Below, piece by piece: positions 37,445-50,816 of a stretch of DNA of 64,000 bases. Origin of the DNA: Ginglymostoma cirratum. Its lineage: Eukaryota. The DNA is taken from positions 16,097,451 to 16,161,450 of the forward strand of contig JAHRHZ010000283.1 in assembly GCA_024137785.1 (NCBI GenBank), given 5' to 3'. The notes beneath the pieces were generated by a model that was not told the DNA's origin, did not search any database, and worked only from the letters and a program-made list of their open reading frames with translations. The translations under genes and the position numbers were made by a program. The number at the start of each line of letters is the position of its first letter. Within the stretch, counting starts at the first letter, position 1.

Positions 37445-37790
37445 AAAGAGGAATTTGCATGTTCATAGAGCTTTACATTGCTTCAGGGTGCCCCAAAGCA
37501 CATGCCATGAAATTAACTACATTTCTGCATCATCACCAGCTGGAAGACATGGCAGGCAGTGTGTGCAAAGTGATATCCCTCAAAGATCAAAGACACAACA
37601 GTCAATAATTGTTTTTCATGACTTGGTCAAGAGATAAACATTGATCAGGACACTGGGTAGTATGGTCTTGCTCTTTGTCAAAGTCGTGCCATAGGATCTT
37701 GTACAACTATCAGACCAGACTTTAACATCTTATACCAACGAAAACAACAGAGTGTACCACCATCTGTCCTAGATTATGTTTTCAGCCCCG
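37445..37790 (-). mobile_element. DeuSINE/SacSINE-like element
   Basis: Reverse complement CCAGTGTCCTGATCAATGTTTATCTCTTGACC... with tail GCTTTGGGGCACCCTGAAG...ATGCAAATTC; homologous to 52600-52940. Confidence 0.6.
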
Positions 37791-37823
37791 TTGGTTGAGC
37801 ATCAGTAGGGGCAGGCACTTGAG

Positions 37824-38180
37824 TTAGAATCATAGTATCCCTACACTGTGGAAGCAGGCCATTCAGCCCATCGATTCCATACCGACCAAGGAACATCCCA
37901 CCCAGATCCACCCCGACACTGTCCCTGAAATCCTGCATTTCCCATGGCTAATCCACCTAGCCTACAAATCCCAGGACACTATGGGAAATTGAGTTTGACA
38001 CATTCACCTAACCTGCACATCTTTGGACTGTGGGAGGAAACCGGATCACCCAGAGGAAACCCCTGCAGATACGGGGAGAACATGCAAACTCACACAGACA
38101 GTCACTCGCGGCTGGAACCAAACCTGGGTCCCTGGCACTGTGAGGCAGCAGTGCTAGCCACTGATCCACCATATCAACCC
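37824..38180 (-). mobile_element. HE1-type V-SINE
   Basis: CTGCACATCTTTGGACTGTGGGAGGAAACCGG...GAGGCAGCAGTGCTAGCCACTG. Confidence 0.92.
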
Positions 38181-38749
38181 TATAATCTAATTGGCAGGAT
38201 GTAACTATTGGTATCCCAGTGGCAACTCGGTGCTCACTGTATTAACCAATGTTTGAGCTTACAGCTTAAAGGGCCACATCTCCAGCATAAGCGAGTGTGT
38301 AATCATTCACTTTCGACCAGAAAGTAAGAGGTCTGAGTTATTTCTAAATTGTGAAAAAGTTGGAAGCAGAAAAAGTCCAAAGAAATTAAGGATATGTGTA
38401 ATTGGCTTATTAAAATGCAATTAAAAAAGGAGTAATCAAAAAGGAGAAATTTAAATTTTTCTTTTTTTGCACCATATTGCTTTCCCATAAACTAAGTTAC
38501 CAGAATATCATACCCCTCAGAAAGGTCTGAATGTGCTGAAGCAATATTGTACTGTAGTGACATGTAATAAATTGTTGGCTTTTTTCCTAGAGGACTACAA
38601 TACAAGCTTTTTATGAAATCAACTGTTCAGACTGTCCCCTGGAGCAGGTCGTTTTTGAATCATTAACACATTGTTAAGGTTCGTTAATGTAATTATTATG
38701 TTAGGGAAAAAAAAAGATGGTGGATATTAAATTCCTTCGCGCACGCAAA

Positions 38750-38868
38750 TAGGGAGCGCCAGTGGTGCAGTGGTAAAGTCCATATCTCCAAGTCAGGAGG
38801 CCAGGGTTCAGGTCCCACCTGCTCCAGAGGTCTGTCATAACAACTCTGAACAGGTTGATTAAAAATAT
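38750..38868 (+). mobile_element. Short tRNA-derived SINE
   Basis: TGGTGCAGTGGTAAAG...GGGTTCAGGTCCCACCTGCTCCAGAGG...CTGAACAGGTTGATT. Confidence 0.8.
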
Positions 38869-39203
38869 TTACACACAAATAGGAAACAATTGTAACACTG
38901 GGTGTGGTATGAGAGGTGTGAGACCCAAGGATGTCAATAAACTTTCTCCACAAAGAAAAACTAGTTGACTTGGTTTTTATCTCACCAGCTAGCTTCAATT
39001 CAATTAACATGAATGTCATGCTCCAAACAAAGCCATGGGTAATGCACATTTGAATATCAGAAGAAGTTCTAGGCATCACACCTTTGGAAGGATAATACGG
39101 CCCTTGGAAAGTAGTGTCTCCAAAGTTTTATCAGTTTGACATTCTGTCCTCCAATTCTTAAATTAAGATACATTATGCAACCTGTAACAAATAAAAACAT
39201 ATC

Positions 39204-39436
39204 TGAAATAACTCACAGAGGCCAGTGGAGACATGGAGAGCCCTTGCCCTTGCCCTTGCCCTTGCCCTTGACCCTGATCCAGCTCCCTCCGAGCCAGCTC
39301 TCAGAGTGAACAAGATGTCTGACACTCTTATTTTTAATCTGTCAGCCAGGGCTCCCTGATTGGTCCAGATTAACAGGCCCAATCAGGGAACTCCTATTCT
39401 ATGGGTCCATCTGGCTGACCTCAATGCAATCACTAT
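39204..39436 (-). mobile_element. Probable solo LTR with an internal (CCCTTG)5 microsatellite
   Basis: Inverted CCAAT pair CCCTGATTGG..CCAATCAGGG, an AT-rich TATA-like stretch and a minus-strand end ...GTTATTTCA; (CCCTTG)5 at 39241-39270. Confidence 0.55.
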
Positions 39437-39984
39437 CTTTATGCAGCTCTTTAAAAGGAGTATTATAAAACAAAATATGGCATAAAGACAAGGGGAATTT
39501 AAGGGCAGCTAACCAAAAAAATGATTAAAGAGGTAAAAGTTTTAAGGATGTCTTACAGCAGGCATGAGAAACAGCTGGAGAGGTTACTCTAGAGATTAGC
39601 AGTTGGGTGACTGAAGGCTGTACAATTAGGATTATGCCTCCTGGAATTCAAAATGTTAACAAGTGATTGGCAGGAAGTTATCAAGACGTTAAGGGGAAGT
39701 GATCGGGTAGAGGTGGTTGGGGAGGGCTAGAATATGAGGACACAACCTAAAACTCAGGGACAGGACTGTCTAGAGAGAATTCTAGAAACACTTGCACACG
39801 TCAAGTGTGTTGCAAGTTTCAAATTCTGTTTACAGAATCTCCTTTCATTGTATTCATTGATGTTATCACATTAATGGTGCTAGGATCAGGGGTATGACTA
39901 AACACTGTGCCCCTGCATCCATTTATGACAAGTAGGGGTAATTAGAGGGAAGCTTCCACAAAATGGCTCAGCCAACAAATAATA

Positions 39985-40185
39985 CACAAACAGAATTTGC
40001 TGAAGAAACCCAGTTAGTGTGGCACCATCCGTGTAGAACGGGCAAAATTAATGTTGTGTTCTTCTTCAGAACAGGACCAAAAACATTAATTCTGTTTTCT
40101 GTCCACAGATGCTGTAGACCTGCTGAGTTTTTCCAGCTATTTCTATTTGCATTTCTGATTTCCAGCATCCACAGTCTTTGGGGTT
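39985..40185. mobile_element. Penelope-derived insert of two units in inverted orientation
   Basis: 39985-40072 and 40080-40185 are opposite-orientation copies of the 61950-62092 unit. Confidence 0.7.
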
Positions 40186-40569
40186 TTTTGTGGGAAGAAT
40201 GATCCCTGCTATGCTGAGACTGGTAACAGAGAATTACGATATAGTTCCAAATCCAAAAGATGTGTATTTTGGAAGGGGACTGACTTGCAGGTGGTGGTGC
40301 TCTCAACTGTCGATGTGTCCTTCCAGCAGGGCATGGGTTTGGAAGCTGCCTTCAAAAGGGACTTGGCGAGTTGCTTGTATGTTTCATATTCAAGGACTTT
40401 TTCCTGGTACTAATCTGCTACGTGAATCTTAACTGGTATCTCAAAATAAACTCCAAATTCTTTTTAACCAGCTCACTTCCTCTGTTTTGCCTCTCTTATT
40501 AGTTCAAGCTTCAGTTTATCAGGAGCTATTAAGCCTCCAGAAGCAATGTGGACTTCAATTTCTCAAAGT

Positions 40570-40878
40570 GTAGAAACAGGCCATTTAGCCCAAACCGACC
40601 CTCTGAAGCACAAGTCACCACATCCATCCCCTAACCCTGCATTTCCCATGGCTAATGCACCTAACCTACACATTTCTGAACACTATGGGTAATTTAGCAT
40701 GACCAACCCACCTAACGTGCACATCTTTGGGCTGTGGAAGGAAACCAGAGCACCCAGAGGAAACCCACACAGACAAAGGGAGAACATGCAAACTCCACAC
40801 AGTTAACCAAGGCTGGAATCAAACCCAGGTCCATGGAGCTGCAAGGCAGCAATGCTAACCACTGGGCCACCATGCCAC
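40570..40878 (-). mobile_element. HE1-type V-SINE
   Basis: GGAAACCAGAGCACCCAGAGGAAACCCAC...GCAGCAATGCTAACCACTGGGCCACC. Confidence 0.9.
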
Positions 40879-40879
40879 T

Positions 40880-43800
40880 TTAGTATTTATTTCTAGTTCT
40901 GCACCTGATTGTCGAGGCAATGATTGCGAAACCTGCCTCACACTATCAAAGGTCTTTTTCTCCGGTATGTCATCATTTTCCCGAGCATCCACTGCGTAGG
41001 GAGGATAAGGTCATTGACCTGTGAATGTGTATTAATGATCACTCACATCAGCAATAACCAGCTCTTGATCTACATATTATGTTCCTAACAACAAAAGGAC
41101 AAGTCTATGAGGTATAACGTACCTTGTCGATTTTTATCATTTGGTCGAAATCAAAGATTTTGTAATTAGTTTCAAATAATAGTGAGGACGATGAGTAGTT
41201 TGGTTCCCAAGCTTAATGCGTATCGTCTTACCATCATGAGCTGTTACCTAGTCAGGGCCTTTCTAGTCCCTGTAACATTCTTTTTTCTAATGTATTAAAT
41301 CTCATGAATTGGAGTTTCTCGAGGATAGTTTTGCATGATGCCCTCCAAATTCTCTCTGAGGCCTCCGTCTGACAAAAGACCATGTCCCTGCATGCAAAGT
41401 GTTCAAATAAGCAGTAAAATATTGAACTAATTTTCATACCTTCTGGTCCAGGAGGACTATGGCATAATACAGAGGGTAATTTGAGATTTTGCCCATAGAC
41501 TAATTGAAACCTAATCTTCTGATCATCTGGACTGAATTCTTTGCATGGGCAGCCCATGTCAAGGCAGCTGCTACAATCTGGCTGATGAGCTGAAATTTTA
41601 CGCTGCAATTCATCAATCACCATATGATTTCCTTTCACAAAGTTCATTACTCAAAAGACTGCCAAGTGCATTATTCATGATCACGAATGTCTGTATTTTC
41701 AATATTAACTCATTATTTACAAATTGGCCACCATCATCATTAAGAAACTCCACTGGTGGCCCATGTTGGATTTCCATCCATTTCTCTACGCTATTACCTA
41801 AAATCCATTCATCCTTACTATATATTATTGTAGAAAAACTAGCTCACCAGCTCTATAGAATATGAAAATAGTTCAGTATCTGCCCTGTATGCATAAAGCA
41901 ATGGCAAATACTTTGCTGAATGACATGTTAACAGAAGGCTTACAAATGACTTCTATAGGTGTTGTGTTCTCATCAACTACACATTTTCAAAGATTTTAAA
42001 CCTTTGACAAGTATGATGAGCAAATTATTGATTTAACGTTCAGATAATTTGTTTGTTTTACTCTGATTCTTGTCACCTGATGCTATTAATACTTGTTTCA
42101 CACTCCAATGAGAAACATCAATTCGTGTCAAGAGAGCACAATGTCTATTGGAGGCCAGATGTACAACCAGAAGAACATGGTGGAATCCTATATAAGTCCC
42201 AGAATGCTGCCTCCATGGGAATTTCCCAGGAAGTTTGAATTTCCACTGGGCAACTCCCCTTCTCCTTACGACCTTCCAGAAAAGGCTACAACAATCAGAG
42301 ACTTTTGATGCTTCAAACGCACTTATTTGGATAATTATCCAGGAAAATTCTAGTCTACCTCCTGGGTCATTATATGAGTGAACTCCTGCACTTACCAATC
42401 TCTCACTCTGAGTATGTCAATGGATTTTCTAACAATCATGTTCATTTCCAAGTTTCTTTTGTGCCTTTTTCATACGAACAGATTAGTATCTTGCCAGAAA
42501 CTAAGTCTGTATTTGTCTAGTGACCACAATGTACTGTTATCATCAAACCGAGTGCAAATAGACTTTTATATTCCTCATTCATGTATTTAATGTCACTACT
42601 TAGAGAAACAAGATACAGTAGCATCTTAAACACACATGATGGCCCAGATCTTCCAGTCTCCAGACAGTTATATCATGAATGATATACATCAAGATCTCTC
42701 AGAAGTCACAAAACACTAACTGCAGGTGGGACTGCTGAGGAAGTTCAATCTTCTCATGGGCAAGCACCTGAAGCCCTCAACTCGGAGTTCAAGTTGCAGA
42801 CTTCAGAGGGTTCCAACTTTTGAACCTGAATATTTATCCAGGAAAAGTCAGTGGTATTAACATCCATGCTAACTGCTGGCTAATTATAAAATGAAGACCT
42901 CATCCCCACCCCAATCATTGACACTGAACTTCAAAACACAGGGAATGGAGGTAAGAAAGGCTGGATAGGCTGGGGCCTTTTTCACTGAATGGTAGGAGGT
43001 TGAGGGATGACCTTAAAGAGATTTATAAAATCTTGAGGAGCATAGGGATGGTTAACAGCAAAGGTCTTGTCCCGAAGGTGGGGGGAGTTCAAATCTAGGG
43101 GACATATTTTTAAGGTGAGACCAGAAAGATTTAAAAGGGACCTGAGGGATACACAGAGGGTGGTTCCTATGTGGAATGAACTGCCAGAGGAAGTGGTAGA
43201 TGTAGGTATAGTTACAACGTTTAAAAGAAATTTTGGATAGACACGTGAACAGTAAAGGTTTAAAGGGATATGGGCTAAACGCAGGCAAGTGGGGCTGGTT
43301 TAGTTTGAGAAACTTGGTCGGCATGGGCAAGTTGGACTGAAGGATCTGTTTCTGTGCTGATTGACTCTATATACTCATATCTGCGCCCACCCCCCCCCAT
43401 AATGGACACCAGCCGATGGTCCCTCACACTGTCTGTGGACATCTAACTGACTGAAATTCCATTCCACATAGACACATGACATCATCCCCAATCCTCAAAT
43501 ACCCGACCCAACCCTCGCACATCCCAGACAGATGACCCACTCTACCCTCTCATTCACTTCACCGCCTCCTGTATCTCCTCACCCACCCGGCATTCTACCC
43601 CTTCATCTATGTGGCACCCTGCGCACCAAATCCTGCCCCCCTGGCACCTTACACCTGGCCGGTTAACTGCACTGCTCACCAACCTGGCAGCTGATCCCGT
43701 CACCCATCTGGAAACCGGTCATCTACCCACCTACCACTCACTTACTTCAGACATGTAGCTTCTCTCAGTAGTTGTCAAAGTGGCTTGGGAACCTGGAATA

Positions 43801-45300
43801 GATCCTGCTGCCACAAAAAGGCATCCCTTCTGTGGCAATTTATTTGGCTGCTACTTGTGGAGCTTGCTGGATTGCTTTGGTTATGATGGTTTCTGTATCA
43901 GAGGTTCAGCTAAAAAATTCCTGAAAACGTCAGCATTGTTTTGTCCGATTTGAGATGGAAAAAGGGATTCCAAGCTCCATTGAGAGATTTGGACCATTTT
44001 AAAATACAAATACTATCCAGTACTGTACAGTGAAAAGAACCCACAATTAACACATTAACCACTGGACTAAAGGCTCTTGTGACCAGTGAAACTTGTTTGG
44101 ATTCATCATTATCTTTCTCCTTCAGAATCTCTTCATCACGTTATTTTGAGCACTCTGCTTCTTCAATTTGCTCATTTCACCACATAATGATCCTCAGAAG
44201 ACACACTTAAAGCATCTCCTAACTGTTCTTCAAGAATCCTGGAATCCATTTGCCTGTGATTTTTGTTCCAATTTTTTTGTCACAATAATCAAATCTGTTA
44301 ACGTGCTTTTACCCTCATTGTCTGCCTTTCATTCTTCCATTGGATTGCCACCGACACCTGATAGTGGAATATTTGAAATGTGGAGATTATTGAATCTGCT
44401 ATCATTTATAATCATCATGGAATGATTCATTTGTTCCATAAAGACTGTTGGAAATGACAGTTTTCCAGTGAATTTTTATTAAGGTTTCTGATCCAACAAG
44501 ATGCCCTTTCCCAAACACCCAGCACAAGTTTGACGCAATCACGTGTCCTTTGCACAATCCAGTAATCTAAATGTTAATTCCGATCCACAGATCACCCAAG
44601 TTGAATTTCATCAGCTTTTTGTACAAAGTCCACCATATACTTTCCATTGTATGACCAGCTGTTTTCCATCATTTATCAAAAGCTGACCGCACCTCACAGG
44701 CATTTAATGCATCACCTTTCTTGTAGATTACATTAAGGAAATCTAACCCAAGGTCCAATCCTTCAATATTATCCACTGACTGGTGGTCATCTTAGAAAAT
44801 ACACCTGATCCTTCTTTTTGTAGGATGCAACCATAACAAAGCCATACCTTGTATTTTCTTTGGTAGGGCCATATCCCACGTGTATGCACCCACTTAATTC
44901 TTCCATTGGTTAGATCATTCAGACTCCAAAAACAGCAGAGGATGACCACACCCTGGTAATTTATACTTGTTTTCAATCATTGTCCAAATGGCTATTAACA
45001 TTCTAATTTTCTGGTCGAAGAGTTTTTCTTCTTAGTTTCCAATCGTCATCTTTAAACAACCATTCAAATCTAGCATGTTATTTTCCAGTAAAGGACAGAA
45101 CTAAAGGCAGTATTCACATGTATTCCTCGTCTTTCATTTAGGATATGCAAATGACAAATCTACACCTTCTATCCCAGCCACCACAGTTTCAGCCTGTTCC
45201 TATTTACCCTTCTCCTCAAAGGCCTCTGGTACAGTGTCCAACAAACTTGGAGCTTGCTATCACCTATGCTCAACTATTTATTCCCATTTCCCAGAATAGA
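40880..45300 (-). mobile_element. Decayed Ty1/Copia LTR retrotransposon (gag, zinc knuckle, protease, integrase; GalEa-like), RT missing
   Basis: Minus strand: gag LPKKIQGMAL...LDFLNVIYKKGD...TFRLLDCA (44.5-44.95 kb); zinc knuckle RCFKC-/-SEDHYVVK (44171-44217); CTVLDS protease-like site (~44010-44030); then integrase GPPVEFLNDDGGQF, CERNH, LTWAAHAKNS, FQLVYGQNLKLPSVL, ASERIWRA and KGPDxVTAHDGKT (41.2-41.8 kb). Integrase follows protease with no RT between them. Confidence 0.8.
42950..43372 (+). mobile_element. CR1 3' fragment inserted in the Copia fossil
   Basis: GGAGGTTGAGGGATGACCTT...TGGAATGAACTGCCAGAGG (WNELP) and tail TCTGTGCTGATTGACTCTAT. Confidence 0.85.
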
Positions 45301-45480
45301 TTCACTTCCAACAGACTCCCAACACCTGCTTCCCTCTGAGAGGTGCATTTGAGCTATAAGTACCCATTCTTATCACAACTTTGCCCAATATCTCACATTT
45401 GCTCATCAACCATGTGGTCAGATTTGACTTCACACTGACATAAATGACATGAACATGCAGCACAAAATCAATCAGGAGAT

Positions 45481-46840
45481 ACAGTTTGCACCTTTTCATC
45501 TTGTATGAATATTTTGTAGGAATCATATAACAATTCAGTTTGCTTGTATGCAGGGTATTCTAACTAATGTTTGCTGCTAGCTTTGACAAATTATACTGGA
45601 TGGAATCATCTAAATGGTCATCCAGTACACAAGTCTGGAGTCAAAAAAACAGTTTTGAGCATCGATCAGCTTGGTTAAAGATGCAGCACGATCCCATTTC
45701 AGGGGCTATCCAATTCAGTCCCTAACATTCCTAAATAGTAGTAATGATCGATCCCATCAATATCATTGGCATAGAGTTTCCTGCAGTTTCCACCATAAGA
45801 GGCACGAGCTCCAGCTCTTGCAAACAAATCCAATGAGAGGAACATTGATTAACTGCACTTAATGGAACAGTCCTTTTTTAAAAAAAAAATCCAATATTTT
45901 TATCCTCCACAGAAGTATGTTCCTTTTGCTGATTAGCACTATCGGATTCCCTGCAGCTAATTTTTCAAAGCCACAATTATTTTCAAAGGATAAAATGCAG
46001 ATAGAGAACATAATCAGAAAAGTTTATCTTATATTATGTGCCATATCCCACTGATTACAACATTGCAATCTTATCCAAGTTAGTTTGAGAAAAATTTTAA
46101 CCACTCCTTTCTCTTGGTAGATACTGATAACCTTATGTGGCTTTTCCCTGTATGTGAACATGAGCAGGAAATAAATTCCCTTGAACTTGTGCCATTGTTA
46201 AATTAGATCATAGATAATTAGTGTGTTCAGCCTATTTACCCACCCTTTGCTTCATATCCCTTGCTACCCTAACAAAATCTTTTAAAACGAAAATCTATCA
46301 AGGGCAGATTTCCAATGCTTTGTGTGCAAAAGCAATAATCACTGAACAGTTTTGCTCTTGTTTTAATGTTAATTCTTATTATTTTTGGAATTCCACTATA
46401 GAGAAGACTGCTTTTCTGTATCTAGCCTAGTGAACTCCTGGATCATTTAAATACCTCAATTGGAACATCCTTCAACCTTCTAACCACCTGGAAACATAAA
46501 CCAATTGTTTTTCGCCCCACCCCTCTACTCATCATAGCTCTTTGGTGAACTTGAGTTATTCTTCTTCAAAGGACTGTATATATATTGCCAAAGATTGAGT
46601 ATCCAAAGTGAAACACAATGTTCCAAATGGGAACGGACCAAGGCTGTATGCTAAGTATTTTTCATTTTTAATTTCAGATGTGTGTACTGCTTGATCATTA
46701 AATGACTTCTTCCAGTATAATTTATCAATTAGCAATGCCAGCAGCAAACATTCATTAGAATACTCCAACAACAAGCAAACTAAATTTTTATTTGATTCCT
46801 GCAAAATCTTCAAGTAAGATTTTTAAAAATGTGCAAACAG
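45481..46840. repeat. Imperfect inverted repeat with ~150-bp arms (45481-45631 / 46681-46840)
   Basis: The reverse complement of the left arm, GTGTACTGGATGACCATTTAGATGATTCCATCCAGTATAATTTGTCAA...AGCAGCAAACATTAGTTAGAATAC, matches the right arm, GTGTACTGCTTGATCATTAAATGACTTCTTCCAGTATAATTTATCAA...AGCAGCAAACATTCATTAGAATAC. Confidence 0.8.
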
Positions 46841-47008
46841 ATTAACAGTTTCCCTGGTAACTGATGTGACGCAATTCAGTGATGGGTACTTCAAGTGAGT
46901 TTTGAACAGCAGCTTGCCGTCAGCATCTTGAACATTTTATCAAGAATGTATGTGGTTAATGTACACAATATATACAAACACAATGGATCAAGACTCAGTG
47001 TAACATTT

Positions 47009-47012
<4 letters not shown>

Positions 47013-47048
<36 letters not shown>
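47013..47048 (+). repeat. (AC)18 microsatellite
   Basis: Read directly from the sequence. Confidence 0.98.
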
Positions 47049-47051
<3 letters not shown>

Positions 47052-49184
47052 TGCACGCGCAAGTGGATGAACATACCCACACCATGCTATTGTATTGAAA
47101 TGTCTAAAATTGGAATCATCCATCATATTATCTTCTCTGTCTTTGAAAAATATACTGATATGCTGCAATTTACACAGTTCCAATGCTCTCCTACAAATTT
47201 GTCTCAAGTATATCCGACATCATTCGATTTCCATCTCAGGGGAGAATGTATGGATTGAAATCCAGCAGTGTAGCCTGTCAGCAGTGGTATAGAGGATGCC
47301 TACTGTTACTTCCTGGGAAGTGATGGGCTCCCAGCCAATTCCCAGATAGACCGGAATGGTGCTAGGGAAGGTGAAGAGTGGGTGCAGGTCGATTTCAAGT
47401 AGTTTTGGAAGGTTTTTAAATCTAGGCTACTCTGATACCATGCAGCCAAAGAGCTGATGTGATACTAGGTTTCCAATCTTGGACCATGCTCGACATGGGA
47501 ACATATTTGCTTATCACTCTTGAAAGGTCCACTTGCATTGATAGCCCTGCACTAGTCCTACTTAAAGGGCGAACGCTTGATTTGCAAGCAAGGGAGTTCC
47601 TGGAGCTTTTTCTAATGGTCAGTCTCTGAAGACTTTCTGGAGGTATTTAGTGCTGAATTTGCTGCAGAATATTGCTGCATCCTCACAGGACGGACAGAGG
47701 ATTGGGTCACCTGTCCATTGTCATGCCTCATTGGGGTACAGTGCTGGAAATTAACCCCCGCTATTCCTGGAGTCACCACAAAAGTTAAAAGATTTTGAAA
47801 TAAATGCACAAAATTCCCTTAATTACTTGATTTGAAATCTCAGGTTTCTAGAAAGCACAGATCAAGTTTCTATACTTAACAAGTATTGCTATTTGTTGCA
47901 AATAATTAGACTCTGGCTACAGTTAAATCATTGGCATATAAGACTACAACTGAAATTCTAATCCCCTCATAAACTGATCCTAACACACACAGACACTCAC
48001 AGACACACACAATAGATTATGGCAGAGGAAATGCAGTTCAGTGGCTCCTATTCACAGATTGCTGAGAACATCCTTTAGATTCTTACAAAAGGTCAGAATG
48101 TTGCTCTTCAGTCATCTTTCTCCAGATGCTGAGAAACACACCTTGCGGGTTTGCTTATAAAAGGTCTTTGCGTTATCCATTAAGCCACAGCTTACAACAA
48201 CTGCTGAAGAAAAGATAAACTCAGTTTCTTCAGGTTTAAAAAGGATTTTGACTGCAGAAAAAAAAGAGACAGCTCCTGATGTGGAGGCATCCAAAACATT
48301 TCTCTCTATCTTGTTCTCAGCCACAAGCAGTTCAGTTACCCAAGAATCAATCATCCGGTTTTTGGCAGGTGAAAGCACTTTGTGATCAATAACTGGTCAC
48401 TAGTCCATTGACTAAATCAAACCTCTTGTTGCCAACCAGAGCTGCCCCTTACACAACCTCTCCTCTCCAGTTTGTCTGCAACCACTTCGATTTCTGCTTG
48501 TTCAAACAGTTGTTTACACGATGCTGCCATGAAAGTCAGGTCACTTGCTTTTGAAACCATGCAGCAATCCTTTAAAACATTGGTTTTAACATAGTTCTTT
48601 CTCATTTCAGCCAACAAAAAAACACGAACATAAAAAGACTCGGTCTTTACATCATATGAAGACTGAAATGGGTATAGTGGCAGGAAGATGGCAGTGTCTC
48701 TGGGTAAGAGAAAAATGGAGCACAGGTTATGGAGAGGGGAACCTCTGCGCCACACCTTCTGCCAATTCGGAGCCAGCATCCTCCAAGTGTCTTAACAGTG
48801 ACAGGAGGCTGTCAGGCAGAGCAGCCAATGTATCCAGGATCTGTGTGCGTACACCCATCCACGGTCTCCCACATGATCTGAGTATGTTTCAGGAAAACTT
48901 GTCAGTGACCACACCCTTTGGAGGAGCTGACAAAACAAAAACACATCGTTTATCCTTGGCCTAGTTACAGCCCACTCACATCTCACTGTCTCACAACTAG
49001 GGTACACACAGTGCCAGTATCTGAACTGATGGCTGCGAGTGTTAGATCAAAAGTTGGGGGCCTTGTCAACCACACTGTGGTGTTGCTCTCTCCCTCTTTC
49101 CTTCTTTAGATTGACGGAGCCGAACTGGTAGTTGTTCTTTGTGATTAAAAGCAGGAACTTAAAAGGCGAAGCTTGATACAAGGG

Positions 49185-50815
49185 AAATGGACACAAAGTA
49201 ACAAATCTATGACCAAACCCACCAGGTTCCCTCACATCCTCCAGGAAAGGAAATGGCTATCCTTATCTGGTCTGGCACAGTGTGACTTTAGACCCACAGA
49301 AAGGTAGTTGGCTCTTAAATGCCCTCTCAAAAAGGTCCTAGTAAACCATTCAGTAATGTAATCGATCATTCCAATTTTAAACATTTCAGAATAAAAGGAA
49401 TAAAACCGGACAGACTATCTGGCATTAACTAAGGCACCAGGAACATCAACAGCAAAGAACAGCCCTGTCGACCCTGCAAAATCCCCCTTATTGACAGACG
49501 GCTAGTGTGAAAATTGGGAGAGCTGTCTCACTGACTAGTCAAGCAACAGGCTGACATAGTCATACTCATGGAATCATACCGTATAGACAATGTCTCAGAC
49601 ACCGCCATCACGATCCCTGGATATGTCCTGTCTCAACCAGTAAAAGAAGCAACACCATAGTGTACAGTTGAAAGGCAGATGACTTCGGACTCCTTGACAA
49701 TGGCTCTGGACCTCAGGAGGTCTCATGGCTTCCAGTTAAACATGGACAAGGAAACCCCATGCTGTTTTCCATATACTGTCTGCTCTCAGCTGATGACTCA
49801 ATGCTCTTCTGTGTTGAGCAGCACTTGGACAAAGCACTGAAGGTGGCAAGGGCACAAAATGCACTCTGATTGAGGGACTTCAATGTCCGCCACTAAGCGT
49901 GGCTTGGCACTGATCAAGCTGGTTAAGTCTTTAAGGACGTAGCTGCTAGACTGGGTCTGTGGCAGGTTGTGAGGAAACCAACAAGAGGGACAAACTTACT
50001 TGACCTCATCCTTACCAATCTGCCTGCCACAGATCCATCTGTCCATGACAGTATCAGTAAGAGTGACCACTACCCAGTCCTTGTGACCTCCTTTACACTG
50101 AGAATAACCTCCAAGATGTTGTGTGGTACTATCACCGTGCTAAATGGGACGGACTTCAAACAGATCTAGCAACTCAAGACTGAGCATCCATGAAGCTTTG
50201 TGGGCATCAGCAGCAGAATCATACTCTAAAACAATCTGCAACCTCATGGCCCAGCATTTCCTCACTCCACCATTACCATCAAGCCAGGGCATCAATCCTG
50301 GTTCAATACAGAGTACAAGAGGGCATCCAGGAACAGCACCAGGCATACCTAAAACTTAGGTGTCACCCTGGTGAATCTCCAAAACAGGACTACTAATATC
50401 CCAAACAGCATGAAGCAGCAAACGACTGACAGAGCTAAGCGACTGCACAACTAATGGATCAGATCCAAGCTCGACACATCTGCCACATCTAGTCGTTAAT
50501 AGTGGTGGACAACTAAGAATTCACAAGAATCCCCAGTGATGGAACAGCCAAGCACATCAGGGCAAAAGATAAGGCTGAAGCATTCGTAACAGTCTTCAGC
50601 CAGAAGTGCTGAGTGGATGATCCATCTCGGCCTCCTCCAGAGGTCCCCGGCATCAAAGATGCCAGCCTTGAGCCAATTTAATTCACTCCGCTCTATCAAG
50701 AAAACATTGGAGGTGTTGGATACTGCAAAGGCTAGCGGACCTGACAACATTCAGCAATAGTACTGGAGCTGTTCCAGTACGGCTACAACACTGGCTTCTA
50801 CCAGACAATTGCCTA
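49185..50815 (+). mobile_element. CR1-like LINE 5' half (SINE-like 5' region, APE endonuclease, tether), decayed
   Basis: KQQADIVILMESY, ITIPGYVL, RDFNV and RKPTRGTNLLDLILTNLP...SKSDHYPVLV (APE motifs), plus KASGPDNI; truncated at an HE1 SINE. Confidence 0.85.
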
Positions 50816-50816
50816 G

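Noticed and set aside
41252-41647. Endogenous virus or novel Cys-rich protein
   Set aside because: Explained as frameshifted Copia integrase; the Cys-rich part is the out-of-frame reading of LTWAAHAKNS.
47740-49180. Long LTR-like segment and overlapping ORFs (48112-49109)
   Set aside because: The composition suggests a repeat, but there is no paired LTR, TSD or protein motif to support a call.
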